Shown piece after piece: positions 38,650 to 50,207 of a DNA stretch of 64,000 nucleotides. Within the stretch, counting starts at the first letter, position 1. The number at the start of each line of letters is the position of its first letter. The notes below the pieces were generated by a model that worked only from the letters and a program-made list of their open reading frames with translations, was not told where the DNA came from and did not search any database. A program made the translations under genes and the position numbers. This DNA is from Mobula hypostoma (taxonomy: Eukaryota): assembly GCF_963921235.1 (NCBI RefSeq), contig NC_086118.1, positions 25,174,001 through 25,238,000 on the forward strand. Direction: 5' to 3'.

Positions 38650-38801
38650 ATATGGGCGATCCTGACCCCTCTTTTGTACAGTCAGTAGAGGTGTATGACA
38701 TGCTCTACACTGAACCCTCAGACCAAATGTGCACAAACTCTGTTGCAGACTTTAGAGTAAAAGCAGATTCCGATGAGGAGTCAGAAAGTACTGTCCTATG
38801 A
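38650..38801 (+). CDS. ARHGAP44: ARHGAP44 terminal coding exon (DMGDPDPSF...KADSDEESESTVL*)
   Basis: Acceptor ctctttccactggttacag|, phase 1. The end resembles mammalian DSEEESESTAL*, a class I PDZ ligand. Confidence 0.93.
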
Positions 38802-40300
38802 CACAAGAACACTTCATTTGTGGGACTCCGGCTGTACATACATTATATCTAGAGGATGGTGGACATCTCGCCGCATATTACTGCAAGAAAAGCTGCTTCC
38901 ATTAACTATGGGAATGGATAAATCTGTTTTGGTTGGGTAATGGTTGTCAGCCCTTAAAACACGATTTTGTTGACTGGGATCAATGTTTTCTTTTTTATAC
39001 TTTTTATTTAGAATTAATGATTCATCTTTCTTATTAAAAAAAATACTTGGCCTTTGAACCTTACACTTAATTTGATTCCTGTATTTTCAGAATTTTATAA
39101 TACCTAATAAAAATGCCATATCAACCAGCAATGCTCTCAGACTAGGTATTTATATCTCCCATGTGCAAGGAGATTGCCTTTATGGAAATGGTAGTTAGAG
39201 CTTCCACATTTAATTGTCCAGAGGGAATGGATTCCTGCAACCAGGAGGTCAGAATCTTGAGTTTAAAATTCCTCCCATCAACAGAAGAAATGTCCTTTCC
39301 ATCGTTTATTGGAATGAGCTGATTCTTTAAGCAAATAGTTAGGTGAGCCAAAAAAAATGTAAATTAATTAATGAAGAGAGAAATTATCAAAATTTAAAAT
39401 CTTGTCTGAAGAAACCTTCAGTGCCCAAGAGATGGAGAAAGTACACTCAGGATAAGTCGACAAGCACTGTTTGTAAGCTATTGAACTGTTCTAATGCATA
39501 TCTATGGCACCAGCCAGTCAAAGATTTTGACCCCTGCAGTTACGCAATACAGAGTTGCAAACAAGATCTATTTCTAAAAGTGATGATTCACACAAAATGA
39601 AAGCAAGACTTTATTTTCATTATAATAGAAATTATAAAAGGAAATATAATTCCACGTCCTGTTGTACACAACCTAGTGTTTGTTTGTATCATTCAGAGGA
39701 GAAATACTTTAAATGCAACAATATAGTTTAAATTTGTATAATATGTGCACAAAACCTGACAGTTGCCAATTATTCTGAAAGTAATTTTATCCAGAGGAAG
39801 AGGAATAAAGTTATCATTATTGTACTTAAGTCTGTATGTGGATGATGACTATTACAATGGATTGTTGTGGCTGTAAAACTTTAATTGTTATCATGCCAGA
39901 ATACCTTGTATGAATAGAATTTAATTAATGTCCATGTAAATGTTGTATTAAAAATATACTGTGTATTTAAGGGAATGGGACTAGACTGGCAATTGGTTAT
40001 GTGGTGATTGCCTTTGTAATGTACAGGGTCTAATACATTGCTCAGTGCAGTGACATTTTAAATGGTCATAAGGAGTGTAGAGTTATGAGAGAACATAATA
40101 TATCTGTTATATAAACACTTGTTTCATGCATTATGTTTCACTGAAAAAAATATATAACTATAGTGCTTTAAAATACAACTCTTGAAATTAGAGGGCTTAG
40201 TGGCAATGTCTAAGAAATAGTGCTGATTCCCTCATCTGTGGTTTCTTGTCTAAAACCTGAAGAAAAACTGAACTGAAAATAAAGTAAAATATTATAAAAT
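38802..40300 (+). other. ARHGAP44: Probable ARHGAP44 3' UTR with tandem poly(A) signals
   Basis: AT-rich and TE-free. AATAAA at 39106, 39804 and 40278. The true end cannot be determined from sequence alone. Confidence 0.55.
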
Positions 40301-42320
40301 GTAGAGCGGACTTGATGTGTTCTGAAAAAAAAGTTTCAATTTCATATCAGCAAAAAAAAATAAATCCTATACTTTGACAAAATATAAATCATTCCAGTTA
40401 TCGTGTAAATATGTAAGAAGTTACAGAGAGCGTTGCTTTTCCTTAAAGTAAGATGAAACAGTTCCGATTCATAGTGGAGCTCAGTGGGATACTGGGGTGG
40501 AGGAAGTAGAGTGGGAGAAGTTGCAGTAGTTCTTGTGGTTGCTGCTTTAACAGAGATTAATTTAATGCAAGTCCTTTCATAAATGTAAAATCCATGTTTT
40601 CAAGAACAATTTTAATGCCACTAACCCAGTAAGTAAAATGAAGAAACCTGCTGTGTTTCAATCCTGCCCTTGTAGGTTTTAAAACTTGTCCATGCATAGT
40701 CAAAAAGATTCTGGCTCACCAACTGCTCATACAAGATGTTTGTTTGAGAGTTTCTAGGGCAAACTCATTAACTGCAAGCTGACTAATATTTTCCTGATGA
40801 AATTGGGTGATGTTTCTAATCTCTGATATGGCTTTCATCCCCTTTGCCTCCAATGACACTAGGAACTAGTCAGATCTGAAGGTCCACTTCAGCTTCTATT
40901 AGAGTGTGAAGATTGAGTGGAAATTTCGCAGCAGCAAATAAATCGGAATTGCTCTACAAGATCAGCAGAGACTCTTTGCTATGATGATTCAATAATTTAT
41001 GACTGTAAGTAAGGAATGCTGTGTTGGCATACTCTTTGGTAGCTAATGAAGATCCATTTCCTCAGCACCCTTGCCTAAATATCTGTATCGTATAAACATT
41101 AACCAACCAATTTCAAATTTATTTTGGATACAGAGCTATTGCTTACAAATGAAAAGTATGGTCTTTATTATCAACCATCATACCATTACACTTCTTTCAG
41201 AATATTTAGCATTGAAAGGCAACCTTTTAGACATTGTAAATTTATTTTCTTACTCCAGGTTAGGTTATTTTACCAACCTCTCTTCATTGTTGAAGCTCTT
41301 GCTCAATGTCTATTCACTGTCACAGAGTCTATTCACTCTGCCGTTCCACACATGGAGACCTGCCAATTTTGAATCATTGGCTTAAATCCCAGCTCAGTCA
41401 ATATCCAAAATCTGTACACTGATGTTAAATGGAAGCTCAAAGGCACATTACATTCACACAGTGCACTGTACATTTATCTAGGGCCATCAATGGCGCTATC
41501 AATCCTGTGACAGTTGCAGAGAGTGATTTGTATTTTTGACATGACATGCTGCTTCTGTAGTTGTATGTTAAGCCTGATCTCGCTGGCTAGGAACAGAATC
41601 ATCAGCATTTAGATCTTTAAGTGGCATTCAAAATCCAGGACCATGAAATGTACCATTAGTAGGACGTGGATTTGCTGACAGATTCAAAGCACAAGTCTGT
41701 GCAAGTTCAGTGCTTATCTCTAGTACCCTACATGCTGTCCAGTAGAAGAGGCCAAGTTGTTGAAATTCCCCAGGACTACACTAGGGAATTGCTCCTTGGA
41801 CCCTGTCCCAGGTTGAAACCAACACAGGATTTGAGTTCCCATGGAGGTCATGGTTCAGTTGTCCAGGATGCTGCTGAGGCCTCACTTGGAACATTGTGTT
41901 CAGTTTTGGTCACTCTACCATAGGAAAAATGCTATTAAACTAGAAAGTGTGTAGAAAACAGTTACAAGGATGTTAGCTGGAGTTGAGGGACTGAGTTATA
42001 GGGAAAGATTGGACAGGCTAAGACTTATTCCTTGGACCATAGCAGACTGAGAGGAGATCTTATGAAGTTGTATAAAATCATGAGCGACATTTATAGGGTA
42101 AATGCATTCAGTCTTTTTCCTGGGGCTGCAGAATCAGGAACTAGAGGGCATAGGTTTAAAGTCAGAAAGGAAAGATTTAATAGGAACGTGAGAGGCAATT
42201 CTTTTATACAAAGGTGGGGTGGAAGTGGAATGAGCTGCCAGAGGAAGGGTTGAGGTAGGTACAATAATAATTTTAAAAACAATTAGACAGGTGAATGGAT
42301 TGGAGAGGTTTAGAAGGTTA

Positions 42321-44855
42321 CTAGACAACCGGGTGACCCGTTGGGGCACCTTTTGAGAGAAATGTAGAGCAGTCTGATGTGATGTGCATAGTGTCCTGAC
42401 ATCGTTCCATCATGTATCTCGGTCCACCAACAAATGTTGAGGAGAGGATGATGCGCCTTCCGATGTTTCTGAAATCATCGTCATCATTCAATGCATCAGT
42501 CAGGCCTCTGTATGTTGTTGATCTCAAGGTTGCTTGATTCATTCGGATACAGCTCAGCCTCTCGTCTTCAGTCCTAGCAGCCATATCGACTAAGTATTGT
42601 TGGAATAGACATCCTCCTCTGAAAAGGTTATTAAACTCATTCTCATGGTTCATTATTTGATACACATAATAACGCATTGCCATCAGTTTCTTGTTGTTCG
42701 TCATTCGGAGTTGATGGTGCCAGCCATTGTCTCCAAGTGGAAAGAAAAGTACATATTGAAAGCCATCATACGAGCAACGGGACTCTGAAATTATTTGCAA
42801 ATCACCTCCTCGTTCCTTCAACACAATGTGCGGTGATCTTGCTTCAGGTTCGGTGCTGCTCAGTATAATGACGACGACTTCGTTGGCAATTTGTGCATTA
42901 AATTTTCTCTCATGTTGAAATTCCGGTCTCTGGTCAGGATCAATGATAATGGACGCCTCTGGCATGCCTCAAATTTGTTCTTTTGCAAGTCAAAGGGATG
43001 CAATGTATGGGTTTTGTTGTCGTAGTAGGTTTTCCAATAATTCAACAATCTCACGTTGAATTCCATCATTCTGCAGTATCCCCATTCTCAATTCTACGCT
43101 AACTTGAGGATCCATGAAGTAAATTTGAAGGAATCGGGCTTGCTGATTGGGGTCTGGCATTAAACGTTCAATGTTATGATGGATTTGGCCCTGAATAATC
43201 ACAGAAGGATTCCATCCACTCCTAGTTGGAAGGACCTCTTTGGCACCAAAGGATGTCATTTGGAAGAGGCAATTGTATTGTCTGATGTTCTTCCTGAAGT
43301 CATTTGCAATACGTTCATCATTGCTGTATAAATTGAGGAGTTCATTAGGTAGAGGCTGCAAATTTCCTTCATACAGCAGAAATTTGTGGTTTCTCCAGTG
43401 AATAGGAAGGCACAACAGTGAGGGAATACTCTGGTCATCGTACCAACATCAGCAGAAATGTTACGCAGTGCGAGTCATGCAATTTGCCTTGCACTTCCTC
43501 TGTCGAGGTATTGTCATCGAAGGCGGCCATTGTCGTCTTCAGCAACTCTCGCAATAATTACTCTATGCCGCAGGGTAGCAAACACCAACAGAATCAACAA
43601 ACTCATTCATAAGGCCAGTGATGTTGTGGGGATGGAACTGGACTCTCTGACAGTGGTGACTGAAAAGAGGATTCTGTCGAAGTTGCATGCCATCTTGGTC
43701 AATGTCTCCCATCCACTACATAATGGACTGGTTGGGCACAAGAGTACATTCAGCCAGAGACTTATTCCACCAAGATGCAACACAGAGCGTCATAGGAAGT
43801 CATTCCTGCCTGTGGCCATCAAACTTTACAACTCCTCCCTTGGAGGGTCAGACACCCTGAGCCAATAGGCTGGTCCTGGACTTATTTCCTGGCATAATTT
43901 ACATATCACTATTTAATTAGTTATGGTTTTATCACTATTTAATTATTTAAGGTGCAACTGTAAGGAAAACCAATTTCCCTCGGGATCAATAAACTATGAC
44001 TATGACTATATTCTTGAGTCGATCTTTCCTTTTCTCCTCTGTCTCTTCCTCTCTCCTCCTTCTCTGCCTGTTTTTGTCATGCTGGAGACGTGCAGCCCTT
44101 TCATCCGTCATCCCTTCAGCTCTTCTACCATTTGTTCTCTCTCTCTGATCCTGGAGTCGTGTGGCCCTGGCTTGATCCGATTCTTGTTCTGTCCTCCTTC
44201 TGTGCCTATTGTCATTTTGGAGACGTGCATGCCTCTCCTCCTCTGTCTCTTCTTCTCTCATGTTTTTTGTCTTGACTGTTTGATTCTGGAGTCTTGTGGC
44301 CCTGGCCTCATCCGATTCTTGTTCTCGCCCTCTCCTTGCCGCTTCTCGATGACGTTTGGCATCATCTCTTGACCATAATGTCCCCCATCTCTTTCCATGC
44401 AGCATAATTAGGCTGTCCATATTTTTCTTTAACCTAATGCTTCTTAAAAGATACGAAGCAGTAACACCAAAGCCTCCGGGATGCTGATTTTTCTTGATGA
44501 TATGGTTGGTGCTCTCCTAAATGGACATGATAGCCCTGCCCTTTTGCTGCGGTTGGTGTCGCTGCTGTGAATATCATGAGGCTTTGCTGAGGCTGGCCGT
44601 GCGCATGCGTCGTGGTGTTGCGTCGCAGTTTCCATGAAGGCTGGAATCGGCTCGGGTTGTAGAAAGTGGGGCCTGTTAATTGATGAGTGGGCAATTTTAT
44701 ACGAATATATAACCCTGAACTTTGCATGCATTCTGTAAGTTAGCGCATTTTAAGTCGATTTAGTCTAAATAAGTGCTGCTGTAATGCACCGTTGGGGCTA
44801 ATTGGAGGTCACAAACAGAGAAACAGCATGAGAATTTTAGTAGTATATAGATAGA
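42321..44855 (-). mobile_element. Non-autonomous (internally deleted) Helitron
   Basis: The minus strand starts TC (TCTATCTATATACTACT) and ends CTAG, with a subterminal hairpin at 42332-42350, inserted between host A and T with no TSD. Rep/Hel N-terminal motifs: FRKNIRQYNCLFQMTSFG, IQGQIHH, FLQIYF, QYVLFFPLGDNGW, LFQQYLVD, GRRIILSSTFVGGPRYM. Confidence 0.93.
43571..44009 (+). mobile_element. Rex1/Babar 3' end nested in the Helitron
   Basis: NRINKLIHKASDVVG...SHPLHN...RHRKSFLPVAIKLYN; tail aataaactatgactatgactat. Confidence 0.85.
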
Positions 44856-45839
44856 TAGGCCAAACGCTGGTAACTGGGGCTACTTTGTATGGGGCACCTT
44901 GGTCACAATGGACCAGTTAGTCCAAAGAGCCTGGTTCCATGCTATTTGATGCTATGAACTTTATGGTTTCATTTGTGGAGGTTGGATTGTGAAAGAACAG
45001 GAAAGGGAATTTCCTATTATTTTGCTGTAGTTTTATGTTTTGATTGATGTATTTTAGATCTCTACTGTTAATTTCATTTTTACAATATTTTTGATCAGTT
45101 GCTGTGACTTCAATTGTTTAAAAAAGATTTTGCCATTTAAAACCAATTAGAAATCTATCCACTTATACGGCTGGTGACACTAATAGAGGGTTTGCCAGCT
45201 ATTACATTTTGTCAGTGTATTTCAGAAGTAGAATTTCCTCCATGTGCTAGAGTCCAGGATGTCTCTAGTCAGTGAGGTTAGCATTTCGCATGGAGTTCAT
45301 GTTAAGTTCAGACACAGGAAAGCACTTCAAGGTCTGGCTCATTGTAAGTTGTACAGTTATTTGAAGAAGGTCCCAAAACAATGTGAATTACTTTCTGGCT
45401 GTAGAAATGCTTTATTAAAAGAAATTACCAACATTTATTTTGATGGATTGTAAATATTCGGCTGAATATTTCAAAGCTTGATTAGCTCTTTAATAGCACA
45501 CATTACACACTTCTAAGAGGATGCATATTTTACAGATATTAGTTCCAGACATAGAGGGAAATTTCCAATTGTTTTACATTGAAAACAAATTAGTGAAAAC
45601 CTGTAAAGTCATCCGCAGCCTCACACATGCTGTAGTATTATAAATAAACTTCCAGCTCATGCCATTGAGTTTAAAATAATTGGCGGCAATTGACCTAATC
45701 TTTAACCACAACCTTTAGCACTGTAGTAAGTTTATCTTGACCACACTATCTTGTCATGTTATCGTGTATGGTCCTGTTGATTGCATTGTAATCTTGCACA
45801 AGTTGAAAAGTCATTCTTAAAATGTTTTTAATTTGCAGT

Positions 45840-46205
45840 ATTAGGTGGGGATTTCATTGAAACCCACCAAATATTGAAAAGCCTAGCAAGAGTGGACATG
45901 GGGAGGATGTTGCCAATAGTGGGAGAGTCTAGGACCAGAGGGCACAGCCCCTTTAGAACAGAGATGAGGAGGAATATCTTTATCCAGAGGGTGGAAAAAC
46001 TCTGGAATTCATTGCCACAGACAGCTGTGCAGGCCAAGTCATTAGGTATATTTATAGTGGAGATTGATTAGTCAGGGCTTTAAAGGTTATGGGGAAATGA
46101 CAGGAGACCGGGTTTGAGAGGGAGAATAAATCGGCTACTATTGAACGTCAGAGCACTCAATGGACTGAATGGCATAATTCTGCTCCCCTGTCTAATGATC
46201 TTATG
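45840..46205 (+). mobile_element. CR1 3' fragment
   Basis: ESRTRGHS.FRTEMRRNIFIQRVEKLWNSLP. Confidence 0.85.
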
Positions 46206-46295
46206 TAGCCAAATAGAGGAGGCAATATAATGAGAAGTTGACTGTGTCACTGTACGTTCTATCGTCCTGCAACAATGCTTCTGCCACCAACCATA

Positions 46296-46770
46296 ATCAG
46301 AATCGGGTTTAATATCACGGGCATATGTTGCGAAATGTGTTATGCATCAGCAGTACATTGCCATACATAATAATAAAAATCTGTAAATTAGAGTAAGTAT
46401 ATCTATATTAAAAAGTTAACTAAATAGTGCAATAAGAGAAGAAAAGTAATGAGGTGGTGTTAATGGGTTCAATATCCATTCAGAATTCTGCTGGCAGAGG
46501 GAGAGAATCATTGAGTGTGTGCTCCTGTGCCTCCTCCCTGAAGGTAGCAATGAGAAGAGGGCATGGCCTGGGTGATGGGGGCCAAATGATTTATGCCACC
46601 TTGTTGAGGCATCACTCCTTGAAGATGTCCTGGACGCTGAAGAAGCTAATGGTCATGATGGAGCTGACTGAGTTCACAACTTCCGGCAGCTTATTTTGAT
46701 CCTGTGCGCTGCCCCGCACTGCCGCATACCAGATGATGGTACAGCCAGTTAGAATGCTCTCCATGGTACG
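46296..46770 (-). mobile_element. Decayed Rex1/Babar-type 3' fragment
   Basis: atcagaatcgggtttaatatcac reversed tail; same family as 17340. Confidence 0.6.
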
Positions 46771-47548
46771 TCACGGAACAGGTGGTAACTGGATCTGCAA
46801 CCCTATTTAGCAATGTACTCAAGATTGCCAATGTTGGAACCTGGAGCAGCATACAAAATGCTGGAATTGCTCAGCAAATCAGGAAACAAGGCCTTGAGGT
46901 GTCTCAACCCAAAATATTGCCTATTTCCCTCCATAGATGCTGCCTGACCCACTGAGACTCTGCTGTGTTTTGTGTGTTTGTACAAAATTCAGTATCATTT
47001 CAAAAATAATTAATGAAAGCTGGAGCAATCATGTGCAAAGCTCATATTTCTACTTATGGAATATATGTCATTTTGTGTATCCATATAAGGTGCTATTTAT
47101 TATATTGGTTGACCTAGATTTCACAGTGGTAATAATGGTGAAACTACTGGGGTGTAGATAATGTTGATTTTATTACTCTAAGCACCAAGTAGCTACTCTG
47201 GAAAGATGTGCTGGATTATTAGCAGAAATGGCTCCTATAAATAACTGCTCCTAGCGGAAGTAGGTGCTAAGAGAATCACGGTGGGTGGGGAAGGTTAGCA
47301 GACATTTGTGAGAGATAGGTTGTATGGATCGCTTAGAGCCAGCATGGACTCGATGGACAGAATAGTCTTCATTTACATCGTAAGGAAATGAGCTACAGAG
47401 CCAGTAATATCAGTTGTCATGTGATGCATATTTCAGCCTCCTGCAACATAAACTCTAGTTCACAGATCAAGGCTTGTTACAACATAGCAAATATCACAAT
47501 ATGTTGTGTTCTCCATTTAAGCACAATTCCTGGAAACTACTGACTTTA

Positions 47549-48150
47549 GTCAAGTCAAGTCAAGTCACTTTTTATTGTCATTTCGACCATAATTGCTGGT
47601 ACAGTACACAGTAAAAACGAGACGTTTTTCAGGACCATGGTGCTACATGTAACAATACAAAAACTACACTGAACTACGTAAAACAACACGAAAACTGCAC
47701 TAGGCTACAGACCTACCCAGGACTGCATAAAGTACACAGACCAGTGCAGGCATTACAATAAATAATAAACAAGACAATAGGCACAGCAGAGGGCAGTAGG
47801 TTGGTAGTCCGATGGCTTGGGGGAAAAACTGTTACATAAATAAACAGCTGAACTGCGGCGTCTGGGATCAGGTCCGTTTCTGTACTCCCGCCAAGTATTT
47901 CGTTGGAGTCGGACGAGGTCCAAATTAATGTCTATTGGAGAGCAGAATGGACGGGAGAGCCAGCCGTCTAGGGCTTGCTTTTTCCCTGGCACAGACTCCT
48001 GCTTGCTCGCCTCGCTTCCGCTTCCTCGCACACCACTTACGACGTCCCCACCTCTGGCCACTGGCATCAGGCGACTCCGAGGACTACAGGCCCGATTTCC
48101 CCAGCAAGTGGACATTGGAGAGCAGAATGGACGGGAGAGCCAGCCACTTA
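47549..48150 (-). mobile_element. Retroelement-derived insert with (ACTTG)n tail and CpG-rich body
   Basis: agtcaagtcaagtcaagtcactttttattgtca at the left end; internal 32-bp direct repeat. Confidence 0.5.
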
Positions 48151-48189
48151 AAAACACAGCAGTAAACAACCCATTGGAGAACTCCTTAA

Positions 48190-48545
48190 ATGGCGACGAG
48201 GATTCACTCCCAGAGGTGCTCAATGCCTTTTATATTCATTTTGACTGACAGAACATGCACCCTCACAAGCTGCCCCCCCCCACCGTGACCCTGTGATCAT
48301 TGTAAGACCATCCTTCAAGAGGTTCAATCACCTGAAAGCATTAGGCCCAGATGGTAGACCTGACCGAGTATTGAAGATCTGTGCTGCAGTGTTTACTGAC
48401 ACCTTCAAACTCTCACTTTGGCGGTCTGAAGCCGGCATCAGTCATACTGATGAGCAAGAAGAACTTAATAACCTGCGTTATTGACTATCACCCAGTAGCA
48501 CTTACATCCGCCATGATGAAGTGTTTTGAAAGGTTGGGCTTGAAG
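48190..48545 (+). mobile_element. Rex1/Babar RT-region fragment
   Basis: SLPEVLNAFYIHFD, KALGPDGRPDRVLKIC and DYHPVALTSAMMKCFERL. Confidence 0.8.
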
Positions 48546-49171
48546 CATATGACTTATATGAACAAATGAAAATGGTAGACACGAGAAAATCTGCACACAC
48601 TGGAAATCTAAAGCAGCACGCGCATGAAAACAGTAGGCTCATTTAGAGTCTCAGGAGACTGTGTGGATACAGAATTGGCTTGCCCATAGAAGGCAGTAGG
48701 AGGTAGTTGATGGAGAGTATTCTACTCAGGGGCCGGTGACTAGTGGTGTTCTGCAGGGATGTGTTCTAGGACCCCTGCCCTTTGTTTTTATTCTTACCTA
48801 CAGACTCACTTTCTCAGTATTAATTTTATTTGCCATTTGCCTTCTTTTGCACATTGGCTGTTTGTCAGTCTTGGTCTGCTTATGCACAGCTTTTCATAAA
48901 ATTCTATTGTACTTCTTTTCTCCTGTAAATGCCTGCAAGAAAATGCATCTCAAAGTAGCACAGGGTATCATATACATATAAATTTACTTTGAACTTTAAA
49001 CTCAGCTAATCGAACAGCGTCTGAGAGGAGAAAAGAATTGTCAAAGTTTGGGGCCTAATACCAGCATCAGGACCAGCAACACAACTCTGGAATTCATTGG
49101 AACCTGCTTATAGACATTCCACTCAGTGTAGCCTCAAAGTAACAGGTGCATTTTGGGGAATGTTCCTCATG

Positions 49172-49380
49172 TTAAAATAACGGTTTCTTTATTGATTGTT
49201 CCCCCATCGTTGTTACGTCGCATCTGGAATTTCCAGTTGGCGGACGGTTTCCCTCCACCTTTCCATATAGCAAGTCCAACAAGATGTTATCTCTCCGTGT
49301 AACGTGTCCACAATAAGCAACCTTTAACTTCATGATCTTCTCCAGCAGTATCCGTGGTCTATCAACTTTGGACAAAACCC
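49172..49380 (-). mobile_element. RTE-clade LINE C-terminal fragment
   Basis: LLEKIMKLKVAYCGHVTRR...YGKVEGNRP resembles the RTE consensus L.YFGHI.RR...GKVEG.R. Confidence 0.6.
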
Positions 49381-50207
49381 ACAGGGAGCATAAATATGGG
49401 ACTCTATGTGGCCAGGCACCTCTGGGAAGCTAGACGATTGTAGGGGCAGGAGAGGGAAAAAGCAGAATGGTGAAGATCCCAAACCATTCTCTGCCCCATT
49501 CCTGACTGCATAATATTGGCATTCATCTAAAACGGGGATCGTACCTTTAGGGGGTTGATATTTTTTCTGTACACATAAGAGATTGCAGAATCTGGATGGT
49601 TTCTGCACAGCAAAGTGACGGCAACTGTTCCTGATGGAAGTCACAAAACCCCCAATATCATAATGTTTACTAAATATGCTAACGATACGATTCACTTGCT
49701 GTTAACTGCACAAGGTCCTCATTATCCATTGGTGATATGGGAACACACTTTCCACAGGTAACAAAAAATGTAGATACCAGTCAGACCTCCCCTTTGTATA
49801 GAATACACACCCTAATTAAACATAAATATTCCCTCACATGTCCCAGAACATTAATTAATATACATTGATGAATCATACCAATATAGAAATGATATTAGCT
49901 GACAAACTATTGGAAACACTGATACTTGGAATGATCAGACTTGCAGTTACATGGTATTCTCTCACACTGCATGCATATTATTCAAATTACTTGGCACGTG
50001 ATTTCCATAGGTGTTTAGTTTTTAAAAAAATCTAGAAATGCGACCTGGGTCAACCTTGCAAGTGTGTAGATTTACAGATAGGATTATGCAGTCTCATAAA
50101 TATTAAGAGATGCGGGGTTAATGCTGCTCACTCTGTTTTAGCACGGCAAAACAAAGGGTGCAGTTCAATTTCTCAGGAAGTATGCCATAAGTCAATAAGA
50201 ATTAACT

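Larger units (their letters stand above)
41860..44960 (+). mobile_element. Decayed CR1 3' fragment split by a Helitron (41860-42320 and 44856-44960)
   Basis: RLRGDLMKLYKIM..TRGHRFKV. The sequence rejoins as gaaggtta|taggccaaac across the insertion. Confidence 0.85.

Noticed and set aside
43923..44372. Hydrophobic repetitive 149-aa ORF resembling a membrane protein
   Set aside because: Antisense of the Helitron charged repeats.
47934..48145. CRISPR-like repeat-spacer
   Set aside because: Only two repeats, a 148-bp spacer, eukaryotic context and no cas genes.
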